DNA of 64,000 bases from the human T2T-CHM13v2.0 reference genome, Homo sapiens. A program made the translations under genes and the position numbers. The notes under the pieces are model-generated. The model was not told where the DNA came from. It did no database searches and saw only the letters and a list, made by a program, of their open reading frames with translations. The first letter of the stretch is position 1; every line of letters starts with the position of its first letter. The stretch lies in the NCBI RefSeq assembly GCF_009914755.1, contig NC_060947.1; one strand, given 5' to 3'. Positions 46,261-60,246 of this stretch are shown here, piece by piece.

Positions 46261-47552
46261 TCCTTGTTATAGCTAAGCCTTGTTATCCAAGGCTTCTAGG
46301 ATGTTAATACTAACCAGATATCTGGTTAACATCCAAAAGATCTTAATTAGGAATACACACTCCATGTGTTGTTTCTTTGAAGAAGCCCATACTTCAGTGG
46401 GCTGCCACAAATACTTAAGATATTTCCAATTGACACCAGAGGCTGTGAAATAGCATAAGGAAAATCACAAGTGATTTTTCCTTGGTGAAATGAATGATGT
46501 TCAACTGATGATGTTCAAGACATGTGGATTGGCTAGAAATATTATATGGGCACTACACATGTATATGCATAGACTACAAGGATTTAACCAGCCTACTGGA
46601 CAGATTTCTCTTAGCTTAAGTTTCCCAAGCAGTCCAGTGTTCAGAGGCTACTGCATGATGGTTGCCTTAATCCTACCACTAAAATATGTCACACGCATAG
46701 TGCTGTCAGGGCATCTAAAGGGACAGAGATCTGGGATTTTGTGAACTTATAGAACAGTCCATATATTTGTAAGTGCTTGCTCTCTCCTTCACACTCTATA
46801 TCTGGTCTGTCAGCGAGTCCTAATGTTCTACCTTCAAAATATTTATCCAGACTCAACCCACTTTGACCATGCCCATGGCCATTGCTCTGCTGCAAGCCAC
46901 CATGAATCACCTTTAACTGGATGATTGCAAGAGCCTGCCAGCTGCACTCCTTGTTCCACTCTTGACTCCTTTTAGTGTGTCTCTCCATAGAGCAGCCAGA
47001 ATGTTCCTTTTAAAGCATATGTCACATAAGTTGACAAGTAACATCACTCCTCTACTCAGAACCCTCTGATGGCTTCCTGTTTCATTTATTAGAAAAGCTG
47101 AAGTGCTAACTCTGGATTCCAAGATCCTCACTGATCTGGTGACCCTCACTGATCTGGTGCTCTCCCACCTGCTGATCCCCATTGTTAGCCTTGTTTTTTC
47201 CATTACTGTTCTTTCCCTCATTCACTTCCCTCCAGCCACACTGGCCTCCTCACTGTCCCTCAAGCATTCATCTTTTCAAATTATATGGATAGGTAGGTTA
47301 TTTATCCACAAATTTCACTTCAAGGTAACAAAAGGGTGTTACAAATTATTTGCTATAAAAACACATTGAGTTTGGTGGATCACTATCCATCAAAAGTTGG
47401 ATAGTGTTTAAGGATCACTATCTTAGAGTTTCCTTCCTTTACAATCCTCCCTTCTTCTTCATGAGGCTATGTCCTGGCCTCTATTTCTCTGCATTTCACT
47501 GCTGACACTCTCTATTTTATGGCTTACGTTTCCCTAAAAATGTATGGATAGT

Positions 47553-48770
47553 CTGTGGTAGCCAGTTGTATTAGTTTGTTCTCACATTGCTATAAAGAAG
47601 CACCTCAGACTGGGTAACTTATAAAGAAAAGACATTTAGTTGACTCACAGTTCTGCAGGTTGTTCAGGAAGCACGGCTAGGGAGGCCTCAGGAAACATAC
47701 AATCATAGAAAGTGAAGGAGAAGCAGGCACATCTTACATGAGACAGAGGAAGAGAGAGTGAAGGGGGAGGTGCTACACACTTTTAAACAACCAGATCTAA
47801 TGAGAACTCACTATCACAAGAACAGCAAGGAGGAAATCCACCCTCATGATCCAGTCACCTCCCACCAGGCCCCTCCTTCAACACTGGGGATTACAATTCA
47901 ATATGAGATTTGGGTGGGGACACAAATCCAAACCATGTCACTAGCCTCCAGGATGGCCCCCAATAATTCCTCCCTCCTGGTATTCATACTATTGTGTAGC
48001 CCCATTCCACACTGCATAGGATTGACCTGTGTAACCAATAGTATATTGTGGAAGTGATGGAGTGTGACTTCTAAGGCTAGATCATAAAAGACATTATGGC
48101 TTCTGTATTTCCCTCTCGGACTACTCTTTCTGCGGAAAGTCTGCTGCTATGTGATGGGGACGCTTAAGCAAGCCTGTGGAGAGGTCCATGTTATGAGGAA
48201 CTGAGGCCTCCTGCCAATGTGCAGCACCAATTTGCCAGCTATATGAGGGAGCTACCTTGGTAATATATCCTTCAGCTCCAGACATGCCTTCAGAGGATGG
48301 CAAATGCCATTGACATCTTGACTGTAATCTCATAAGAAACAGAGCCAGAATCACCTAGTTAAGCTTTCCCCAGATTTCTGGCCAGCATAAATTGTGTATG
48401 ATAATAAATATATATATATATATTTTTTATGACAGGGTCTCGCTCTGTTGCCGGGGCTCGAGTGCAGTGGCATGATCACTGCTTCTTGCAGTCTCAAACT
48501 CCCGGGCTTAAGTGATCCTCCCACCTCAGTTGGTGTGCGCCACCACGCACAGGTTAGTTTCGTGGGTTTTTTTTTTTTTCTTTTTTTTTTTTTTTAGAGA
48601 TGAGGTCTGTCTTTGTTGCCCAGGCTGCTCTTGAACTCCTGGTCTCAAGCAATCCTCCTGCCTCCGCCTCCCAAAGTGTTGGGATTATAGACGTGAACCA
48701 TGGTTCCCAGCCAGTAATAAATCCTTGTTGCTATTTTAAGCCACTAAGTTTTGGAATATTTTGCCAAAGG
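47553..48770 (+). mobile_element. MaLR MLT1F/G-like LTR with nested antisense MST LTR (47568-47941) and AluJ (48422-48712)
   Basis: tgtggtagcc start; MST tgtattagtttgttctcacattgc...aaaccatgtca; ttttaagccactaagttttgg end. Confidence 0.75.
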
Positions 48771-48949
48771 TGATTGACCTTTTTATCTTTTTATACCTTT
48801 CATAGATTGTCAGTTTCTCCTGAATAGAATATAAGCTCTAGAGGGTGGAAAGCTTGTCTGTTTTGTATCCCCAGAGTGTAGGACAATGCCTGGCACACAG
48901 CAGCTACCCAATAAATATCAAATGAATGAGTAAATTACCTTTGGCCAAA

Positions 48950-50190
<1,241 letters not shown>

Positions 50191-50382
50191 AAATAATATT
50201 GACTGCATCCAAAAAACAAGGCATCTATAAGACAAAAACATGAAAACAAAAGTATCTCATGGTGGCCAAGAACCTTCAAATTACCTAATGTTTGTTTTTG
50301 TTTTTGTTTTTTGAGACAGGGTTTCACTCTGTTGCCCAGGGTGGAGTGCTAAATAATTTTGACTGCATCAAAAAATCAAGAC

Positions 50383-51084
<702 letters not shown>

Positions 51085-52179
51085 TCCTAATATTTGTCTT
51101 TTATAAGTTGAATATTAAAGAATGATTTTGACAGATTTTTTTTGTTTTGTGCTTTTAAGAAATGAAGAAACAACCTTTATCTTATTTTTTTTAGCAGACT
51201 TTAATTTTTAGAGCAGTTTTAGGTTCACAGCAAAATTGAGTGGAAAGTACAGCGATTTCTCATATTGCCTTATGATTTTAGATAGCAATGCCTCTATTTT
51301 TGGGGGCTACTTGAAAATTTCAATATCTGTGTTCATGAAGACAGAATCTCAATCAACAATTCATAAATAATTGTGGGGATTTTCAGAATGGCTTAGTAAG
51401 GAGCTTGGAAAATATTTTCCCTCCAAAAAACAACAGTAAAACCAGGGAACATGATCAAGCACAACATTAGAAATGTTATCAAATGCATCCAACAAATTGA
51501 GAAGCAGTTATTCAAGAAAAACCATGAAGTCTTGATTAGAACAGTGGGAGTCTGGCAAACATCACAGCTGATCTGAGGTTTCTCTACAGGTTGGGGAAAG
51601 CAACAGACTAGCAGACTATTCAGAAATTTAACAAGGACATCTGGGGAACAAGACAGGCATAGCGGGCTTTCACATATCCCTGGTGGTCTGTAAATCTGTG
51701 TGCTTGCACAAGGTAGCACACTTGCTCAGGGGAGACAGAGAGGGCTCTAGCATCTACTGATTCCATGCTGAACATGAGGTCTTGCACACAAAGAAAACAA
51801 AAGCTTGGGCAGTTTTGTAAACCACCTGAACTTTGAACACATTTACCAAACCACACACGAAGTAATCGGCAAATGGTGGAAGTCCTAGCGGCTAAAAACG
51901 CTTAAGCACAACTTCTGATTAATCATAGGCTGACCATTAAGCTATGCTGACTCGGTGGTAACCTCCAGAAAGCCAGGCTTAAGAATACAATTTTTTAAAA
52001 AAAAATGAGCGGACATCAGTAGCTACATACTGCAGACAAGATAGCCTCTACAAAATGAGTCTAAGCAAGCCACTAAATGAACAAACAGAAATGATAACCA
52101 CTGGGGACAGAAATCAGAATCCAGAGTTTGTACAATATATTATCTAAAATATCCAATTTTCAACCAAATGTGAGATTTA

Positions 52180-52479
<300 letters not shown>

Positions 52480-52737
52480 TCAAAAAAAAAAAAAGAAAGA
52501 AATAGTAAAGTGCTAACTGTACACAGGGAAAAAGCAGTAATAGAATCTTTCTTGGGAGGACCCAGATGTTGACTTAGGAGACAGATTTCAAAGCAGCTTT
52601 TAAAAATATGTTTTAAAAACTAGTAGAAACTACTTTTAAAGAATTAAAGTATGATGACAATGTTTCATCAAATAGAGAATATCAATAAAGAAGTAGAAAT
52701 TATAAGGAAATATAAATTTTATATATATTATTATATA

Positions 52738-52950
52738 ATTGAACAATGAAAACACTTGGACACAGGAAGGGGAACATCACACACCGGGGCCTGTCGTGGG
52801 GTGGGGGGAGGGGGGAGGGATAGCATTAGGAGATATACCTAATGTAAATGACAAGTTAATGGGTGCAGCACACCAACACGGCACATGTATACATATGTAA
52901 CAAACCCGCACGTTGTGCACATGTACCCTAGAACTTAAAGTATAAAAAAA
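52738..52950 (+). mobile_element. Short young L1PA 3' fragment
   Basis: attgaacaatgaaaacacttggacacagg...gaacttaaagtataaaaaaa; 50-bp flanking duplication. Confidence 0.95.
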
Positions 52951-53503
52951 AAGAAGTAGAAATTATAAGGAAATAGAAATTTTATATATATTATTATATA
53001 TAAATATATAAATATATACATAATTTATTTAGATATAAAATTTCTACTTCTTTATAATTTCTTAAGAAATTATAGAAATTATATATAATTGTAAAGAAAT
53101 TATAAAGAAGTGAAGAAATTAAAAAGAAGAAATTTTATATATAAAATGTCTACTGTTTTATAATTTATATACATAATTATATTTTATACATAAAATTTCT
53201 ACTTCTTTATAATGTATAATTATGCTTTTTATATATATAAAATTTCTACTTCTTAATAAACATTGTGGGGATTTTCAGAATGGCTGAGTGAGGAGCATGG
53301 AAAATATTATCCTACCCAAAAACAATATTAAAGAATTAAAGAAAAGTATGATGACATAGTGTATAGTTAGCACTCTCCTATTTCTTTGTAAATCTCATAT
53401 TTTGGTTGAAAATGGGATATTTTAGATAATATATTGTACAAACTCTAGATTCTGATTTCTGTCCCCAGTGGTTGTTATCATTTCTGTTTGTCCTTTTAGT
53501 GGC

Positions 53504-53952
53504 TATGATGGTTAATACTGAGTGGCAACTTGATTGGATTGAAGAAAGCAAAGTATTGATCCTGGGCGTGTCTGTGAGGGTGTTGCCAAAGGAGATAAAC
53601 ATTTGAGTCAGTGGGCTGGGGAAGGCAGACCCACCCTTAATCTGGTGGGCACACTCTAATCAGCTGCCAGTGAATATAAAGCAGGTCGAAAAATGTGAAA
53701 GGCGAGACTGGCCTAGCCTCCCAGCCTACATCTTTCTCCCATGCTGGATGCTTCCTGCCCTTGAACATCAGATTCTAATTTCTTCAGTTTTGAGGCTCAG
53801 ACTGCCTCTCCTTGCTCCTCAAGCTTGCAGAGAGCCTATTGTGGGAACTTGTGATTGTGTAAATTAATAATAAACTCCCCCCCATATATAATAATCTGTA
53901 TAATATTACATATATATTAGTTCTGTCCCTCTAGAGAACCCTGACTAATATA
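53504..53952 (+). mobile_element. ERVL MLT2A-like solo LTR
   Basis: t(a)tgatggttaatactgagtg...gagaaccctgactaatata; perfect 5-bp TSD gtggc. Confidence 0.9.
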
Positions 53953-54291
53953 GTGGCTTACTTGGACTCATTTTGCAGAGTCTATATATATGTCATAATA
54001 CTTTAATTCTTTAAACATAGTTTCTACTATTTTAAACGTATTTGAACCCTAGAAATTTAAACATTTTTAAATTGAAGCCAAGGTTTCTAGGAGTTGCCAC
54101 TGAGTCAGCATAGCTTAATGATCAGCCTATGATTAATTGGAAGTTGTGCTTAATTATATATATAACGAGCTAGTGTTGAAAAGTATAATATTTGGAATGA
54201 AATTTCACCAGAGGGGCTCATGAATAGATTTGAGATGGCAGGAGAAAGAATCAGTGAACTCAAAGATAGATCGTTAAAGAGTATGCAACTT

Positions 54292-54472
54292 GGGCGGGCA
54301 TGGTGGCTCACGCCTGTAATCCTAGCACTTTGGGAGGCCGAGGTGGGTGGATCACCTGAGGTCAGGAGTTTGAGACCAGCCTGGCCAATATGGCGAAACC
54401 CCATCTTTACTAAAAATACAAAAATTAGCTGGGCATAGTGGTGGGCACCTATAACCCCAGCTACTTGGGAGG
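54292..54472 (+). mobile_element. AluS truncated in the right arm
   Basis: Ends abruptly at ctacttgggagg with no A tail. Confidence 0.9.
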
Positions 54473-54552
54473 AATAGCAAAACTGCAGATGTAAATGCAT
54501 CCATAGCAATAATTCCATAAATTAATGAAATCAAATGTCAGAGCTAGGCCTC

Positions 54553-55748
54553 TGTGGTTCTCAGAATCCTAAGATGGTCCCCAATATTCCTGTTCCTGGT
54601 ATACACTTATTGTAGAGTTTCCTCCTCTTGACTGTAGGCAGAACCTGTGAACATGATGGGAAGTTACTCCCATAATTAGGTTACTCTGTATGGCAAAGGT
54701 GAAGGAATTCTGCCACTATAATTAAGATTTCTAATCAATTGACTTTGGGCTAATAAAAGGGAAGATCATCCTGGGCAGGCCTGGCCCAGTCAGGTGAGTC
54801 CTTAAAAAAGAGTGTCTCGTGTTGAAGAAGTAAGCTACCATTTGTGAGAGGGCCTATGGAGGGAGCCACATGGCTAGAGCCCCTGTTGGGGATGGCCTCT
54901 AAGAGCTGAGGGCAGTCCCTGGTAGACAGCTAGTAAGAAAACAGGGCTATCAGTCCTGCAACTGCCAGGAAGTAAATTGTGCCAACAACTGGTGAGCACA
55001 GAAGAAGATTTCAAGCCTCAGCTGAGATCACAGCTCCAGCCAATGCTTTGACTTCAGCCTGGTGAGACCCTGAGCAGAGACCCAGGTTGATGGACTGGAT
55101 GTTGTGTTTGTGTCCCCCTGGAAATTCATATGTTGAAACCCTAATCCCAATGTGATGGTATAAGAAGGTGGGATTGTTGGAAGGTAATTGGTCATGAGGG
55201 TAGAGCCTTCATGAATGGGATTTGTGCCCTTATAAAAGAAACCCCAGAAAACTCTCTTACCTTCTTTCTGCCATGTGAGAATATACTGAGAAGGCAGCAA
55301 GTCTGTAACCTGGAAGAGGGTCCTCCCCAGAAGCTGACCATGCTGGCACCCTGTGGTCAGGCTTCCCAGCCTCCAGAACTGTAAGCAGGAAATTTCTGTT
55401 GTTTAAGGCCTCAAATCTATGGTAATTTGTTATAGCAACCTGATCTGACTGAGATACTCAGCTAACCTATACCCAGAGTCTTGGCCACAGAAACTGTGAG
55501 ATAATAAATGGGTGTTTTTTAAAAAATTATTATTATCATACTTTAAGTTTTAGGGTACATGTGCACAACATGCAGGTTAGTTACATATGTATACATGTGC
55601 CATGTTGGTGTGCTGCACCCATTAACTCGTCATTTAGCATTAGGTATATCTGGAATTGAACAAAGAGAACAGATGGACACAGGAATGGGTGTTGTTTTGA
55701 CCTGCTAAGTTTGTGGTCATTTGTTATGCAGCAATAGAAAACAATACA
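54553..55748 (+). mobile_element. MaLR MLT1D/E-like LTR with nested MLT1A/MST-like LTR (~55089-55456) and a small L1
   Basis: tgtggt... start and tttgttatgcagcaatagaaaacaataca end. Confidence 0.7.
55517..55684 (-). mobile_element. Tiny L1PA 3' fragment with 5' inversion
   Basis: Antisense 3' UTR to 55651, sense piece 55652-55684, TSD aatgggtgtt. Confidence 0.9.
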
Positions 55749-56751
55749 GCCTTGAACTCTGGTCTTTCTTGTAGTTAATTCATACCCTGAACTACTCTGC
55801 TCTATACCACCATTCAGAAATTGGCTGTTCATGTACCACAAAGGCCTAGTAGACATTTTTTGTTTAGCCTGCAAAGTATGTTAAAACATTTTTAAAAAAT
55901 TAGCTGTCTTGGGAGGCCAAGGTGGGAGGATTGCATGAGCTTAGGAGTTCAAGACCAGCATGGGCAATATAGTGAGAACCAGCTCATACAAAAAACCAAA
56001 AAAATTAAATAAAAAATAACTGCCTATATCTAAATATCAGAGGATTTCATATGCATGTCGAAATTCATGGCTTCCCTTGAAAAACTGGCAGACGTGGCAT
56101 CATTGGCCCATATTACCACCTAGGAAGAACTGGCTGGAGGTGAAAAGTCCCTGCCTTGTTGAGACAGGGCCTGAGCCCTGTAGTTCAGCACAAGCCAGCT
56201 CCACATGTGACCCACATGGCTGCAGTTAGGCATTTGAGTATGTAAGTCCTGATATCTAACTTCAAAGTTGATCACTGCTTGCCTCAGTTTTGTTTCTAGT
56301 TCGGTCACTGTTTCCTTTCGCTCTCTTCCTGACACAATGCTACAAGAATTTAGATCATAAATCCTTTGGGAATGAGTGCCCAGATCAGAGCTGGATATTA
56401 ATCTGAGAAGAGAAAATGAACTTTGGTACTATGGATTCAATTAAGTTGAGTCTGGGAAACTCTTCCTTTCACTAAATTTCTTATTAGTGTAGGATTTCAG
56501 TTTGACAAAAATCCTGCATTCTTTTGTCCTTTGAGGAATAGATGGTGAAACGAGCAGCATGTTTTGTTTTGTTTTTCTTTACTACCATGGAACATGAGGG
56601 GAAAATGCCGTGAAGCCTCAAAAGGAAGGCTCCATTGAGGTCGTGTGGTACAAAGGATGAATGGTTAAGTTTTTAAAATTGATGCAAATTAACATAAAAT
56701 ATAAAACAATTTTTGGAAAATGATATAAATGATGCCAATTGCGTCCACTCA

Positions 56752-57608
56752 TGTAAAAGAAAAAATTTTTCTTTTACTCACAACACTTCTGATGCTGAAT
56801 ATGTGGGAATTTTCCCCACACCAACCAATTCTTCAACTTTCTGCACACCAACTGGGTATCCTACAATTCATTTCTGACACTAATTATCCCCTGTGAGCTC
56901 AGACTCCACAGGTTAAGGACTCAATCCCACAAGACTGCCCTCACATTAGGTGCCAGTTACAAGTACCAGGTTGTCACCTGTACTTTTGACCTATAAATCA
57001 GGGGTTTCCACAAGCCACTCCTCATGTTTGATAATTTGCTAGAATGGCTCACAAAATTCAGGGAAGCATTTACTTACATTTATCAGTTTATCCTAGGATA
57101 TTACAAAGGATACAGATAGTAGCCAGATGAAGAGATACAGAGGACAAGGTCCAGAAGGATGCTTAGTGCAGAAGCTTCTGTCTCCATGCAGTTAGAGTCC
57201 ACCACTCTTCTGGCAAGTGGATGTGTTCATCAATTCAGAACCTGTCTGAACCTCATTGTTTAAAGTTTTTATGGAGGCTTCATTACCATGTAGTCATGAT
57301 TAATTAAATCATTGGCCACTGGCAATTAAGTCAATCCCCATTCCCTCTTCCCTCCCCAGAGGTTGGGGATGGGGCTGAAAGTTCCCACCCTCTGATCATA
57401 TGACTGGTTCCTGTGGCATCCAGCCCCCATCCTCCCAAGAGTCACCTCACTAGCATAAACTCAGGTATGGCTGAAATGAGCTTATTGTGAATAAAAAAAA
57501 AAAAGATGCTCTTCTCACTCCAATCACTCAGGAAATTCCAAGGGTTTTAGAAACTCTGTGCCAAGAACCAAGGATAAAGAACCAATATATATTTACAATT
57601 CTATCACA
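56752..57608. mobile_element. MER21-like LTR
   Basis: acacttctgatgc...caccaactgggtatcctacaattc...cccacaagactgccc. Confidence 0.75.
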
Positions 57609-57681
57609 ATGTCAGAGGCCACTCCCCTCGTCTTTGAATGTGGATCCCTTACAGGAAAACCATTGTATCTCTCAGAGAATT

Positions 57682-58359
57682 TGTAACCTCCTAACGGGTT
57701 ATCCTTGCCCACTGCCCAGATAGAGCCAATTTATCAAGAGGGGGAATTGCAATAGAGAAAGAACTTAATTTATACAGAACTTGTTAAACAGGAGACCAGA
57801 GATATGTTACTCAAATCAGTCTCTGAAAATCTGGGGACTAGGGTTTTTCAAGGGTAGTTTGTGGGAAGGAGGAATGGCTTGGGAATAAGTGCTGCTGATT
57901 GGTTGTGGATGTAATCATGAAGATGTGGAAAATGGTTCTCAAGTGCACACTAAGTCTATTGCTGGGTGTGGCCACAGGACCAGTTGGTGGTTCAGGGTGG
58001 AGCCATCTGCAGTCAGAAATGCAAAAACCTGAAAAGACATCTCAAAAGGCCAATCTTAGGTTCTACAATAGTGGTGTTGTCTACAGGAGTAATTGGAGAA
58101 GTTGAAAATCTTGTGGCTAATTTATTAGTCCTATAATACCAGTCTTGTCACCAGCAAAGAAGGAGGTTTGTTTCAGCAAAGGACTGTTATCATCCTTGTT
58201 TCAAAGTTAAACTGTAAACTAAGTTTCTCCCACAGTTAGTTCAGCCTATGCCCAGGACTGAACAAGGGCAGCTTGTTTAGAAGCAGGATGGAGTCAAAGT
58301 CCGATCTCTGTCACAGTCATACTTTTCCTACTGTTATCATTTTTGCAAAGACAGTTTCA
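57682..58359 (-). mobile_element. ERV1 LTR8-like solo LTR
   Basis: tgtaac...ttttgcaaagacagtttca; homologous to 13642-14253. Confidence 0.8.
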
Positions 58360-59009
58360 CATTTACATTGGGGGTAGCATTTATAGAACAGATATAGCAC
58401 TAGTATGAACACCCATATGACTAGCCCTTGAGGAAGCCAGTTAGTGTGGGGTAGGGATAGATAGAAAGAAATAATTTGCCCTGCTTTTTGTTGTTATTTT
58501 GTTTTCCTTTTTTCCTATGGGACATGAGGGAAGAAAACCTTGTGGGCCAGTAGAAAGGAAGGCTCCAATGAGGTTGTGCAGTATGGACAGTGAATGGCTG
58601 TTAAGTTTTTAAAATTGGGGCAAATTAACATGAAATATAAAGCATATTTTGGAATATGGTATAAGTAATGCCAATTGTAGCAACTCATGTTTTGTTTTTA
58701 TTTTTCAAATATTTCTATGCAATAATAGAAATCACTTGTATGAATTTAGTTTACCCATGATCTCTGGACCTCGCTGTAAGGAAGTCTTTCAGAAAATCAA
58801 AAATGTGAGCCTATATGAAATATTTGTGTGTGCATGCACATGGCATACCTGACTTAGAAAAGAATTCTATATGTATTCAGTTTTAGAACTTGTCTTTAGT
58901 TTTAGAGTTTGTAAAAGGTTGAAAATGTTTCACTGTCCATATTAAATGTTTTACTATGCTAAAAAGAACATCTAAAAATCAATAAGGAAAAGACCAATAA
59001 CCTGTTTTT

Positions 59010-59447
59010 TGAAAGAGCTGTATATGCAAAGCAATCCCCAAATGCAGAAGGAGCTGAGAAACCAAAGGAGGCAGACAAGTCCAGCTCGTCATCACAGGGT
59101 GATTTTATTGGGGAATATAGTGACAGAAGCGTGGTCTTGGGTGGCCAGAAGACAGGTAGGTCTTTGTGCCATTACTCCCCAGACCCGGGGATTATATACC
59201 GTAGGGAAGGGTACATGTGCTTCAGAGGGAATCGGTTGGAGTTTGGTCTAAGGGCAGGATTGACAGTAAGTATGAATTTATCAAGGTTGATTTGGTCTAA
59301 AGGCAGGATTTTTGGTAAGGATGTGCTCTTTCATACACAAGGAATAATAGATAAACTGGAAATCTCAGAGGCATTCCTGGAACTGGGGCTAATCAAAAGT
59401 CAGCATGGCAGATTGGCATCCAAGATGGAGTTACTTTAGCCTGTACA
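59010..59447 (-). mobile_element. Solo LTR (LTR47-like) inserted in old L1M
   Basis: Reverse strand starts tgtacaggctaaagtaactccatcttgg; AATAAA present on the minus strand. Confidence 0.6.
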
Positions 59448-59717
59448 CATCCTAATCGAAAAATGAACAAAAGATATGAATAGAAAATTCATAAAATAGA
59501 AAATAAAAATGATCACAAGGAATGTGAAAAGTTGTTGAAGCTCAGTACTAATCAGTGAAAGTCAAATCAAAATAACTAGATTTTCAATACGTTTGCTAAT
59601 ATCAAGTATTGGCGAGGGTAAAGGATACTCTCACACACTGATGGGGAGTATGTACATTTGAGCCACTCTGAAGGGCAACTTGGCAGGAAGTATTACATTT
59701 TATAAGAATGTATTTAT

Positions 59718-60246
59718 GCAGAGGAGGCTTCAGGTCGACCTGTGGCAGTCCAGCCCTTGGGGGTTCCCTCGCCTTCCACCTCCTGCTCATCTGCTTCACT
59801 AGCTATCCCTATGGTGTCGGTGTGCAGGCCGTGGCCTGCTGTGGCCATAGCACTTCTGGCTCTGCTGGTCTGCCTGGGGGCGCTGGTCGACACCTGCCCC
59901 ATCAAACCCGAGGCTCCTGGCGAAGACGAGTCCCTGGAGGAGCTGAGCCACTATTATGCTTCCCTGTGCCACTACCTCAACGTGGTCACCAGACAGTGGT
60001 GGGAGGGTGCAGACATGTGGTGAGGACCCCTGAGGTCTCCTTGGGGATCTGCTAACCGCACCCACCTGATTTGCATATCCACTTCCTACCCGGGAAACAC
60101 GGATTCCCCACCTGGCCATCAGGGTCTGGGCAGGATTCAGGTGGGGACTTCCACCCGCATCTCGGTACCCCCTCCCCCTGGGCTGGAGGGCTGTGTATGG
60201 TCCTTCCCTGGTCCCAAAATAAAGAGCAAATTCCACAGGAAAAGAA
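59718..60246 (+). pseudogene. PYY3: Processed pseudogene of peptide YY; open 70-aa ORF at 59811-60023
   Basis: [70 protein letters not shown] is prepro-PYY-like. Intronless, with AATAAA at 60218-60223, an A-rich remnant, and TSD aagaatgtatttat (59704-59717) / aataatgcatttat (60247-60260). Confidence 0.95.

Noticed and set aside
46363-46405. Possible small third exon of the TNF-ligand fossil (minus strand, ...ggcag then KETTH-like)
   Set aside because: Weak pyrimidine tract, no GT donor, and too short to separate from chance without an alignment.
47126-47159. Tandem cctcactgatctggtg x2
   Set aside because: Simple slippage duplication inside an L2 fragment.
59742-59810. 93-aa N-terminally extended PYY-like ORF in the track
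   Set aside because: It starts at a GTG within the retrocopied 5' UTR; the homologous ATG is at 59811.
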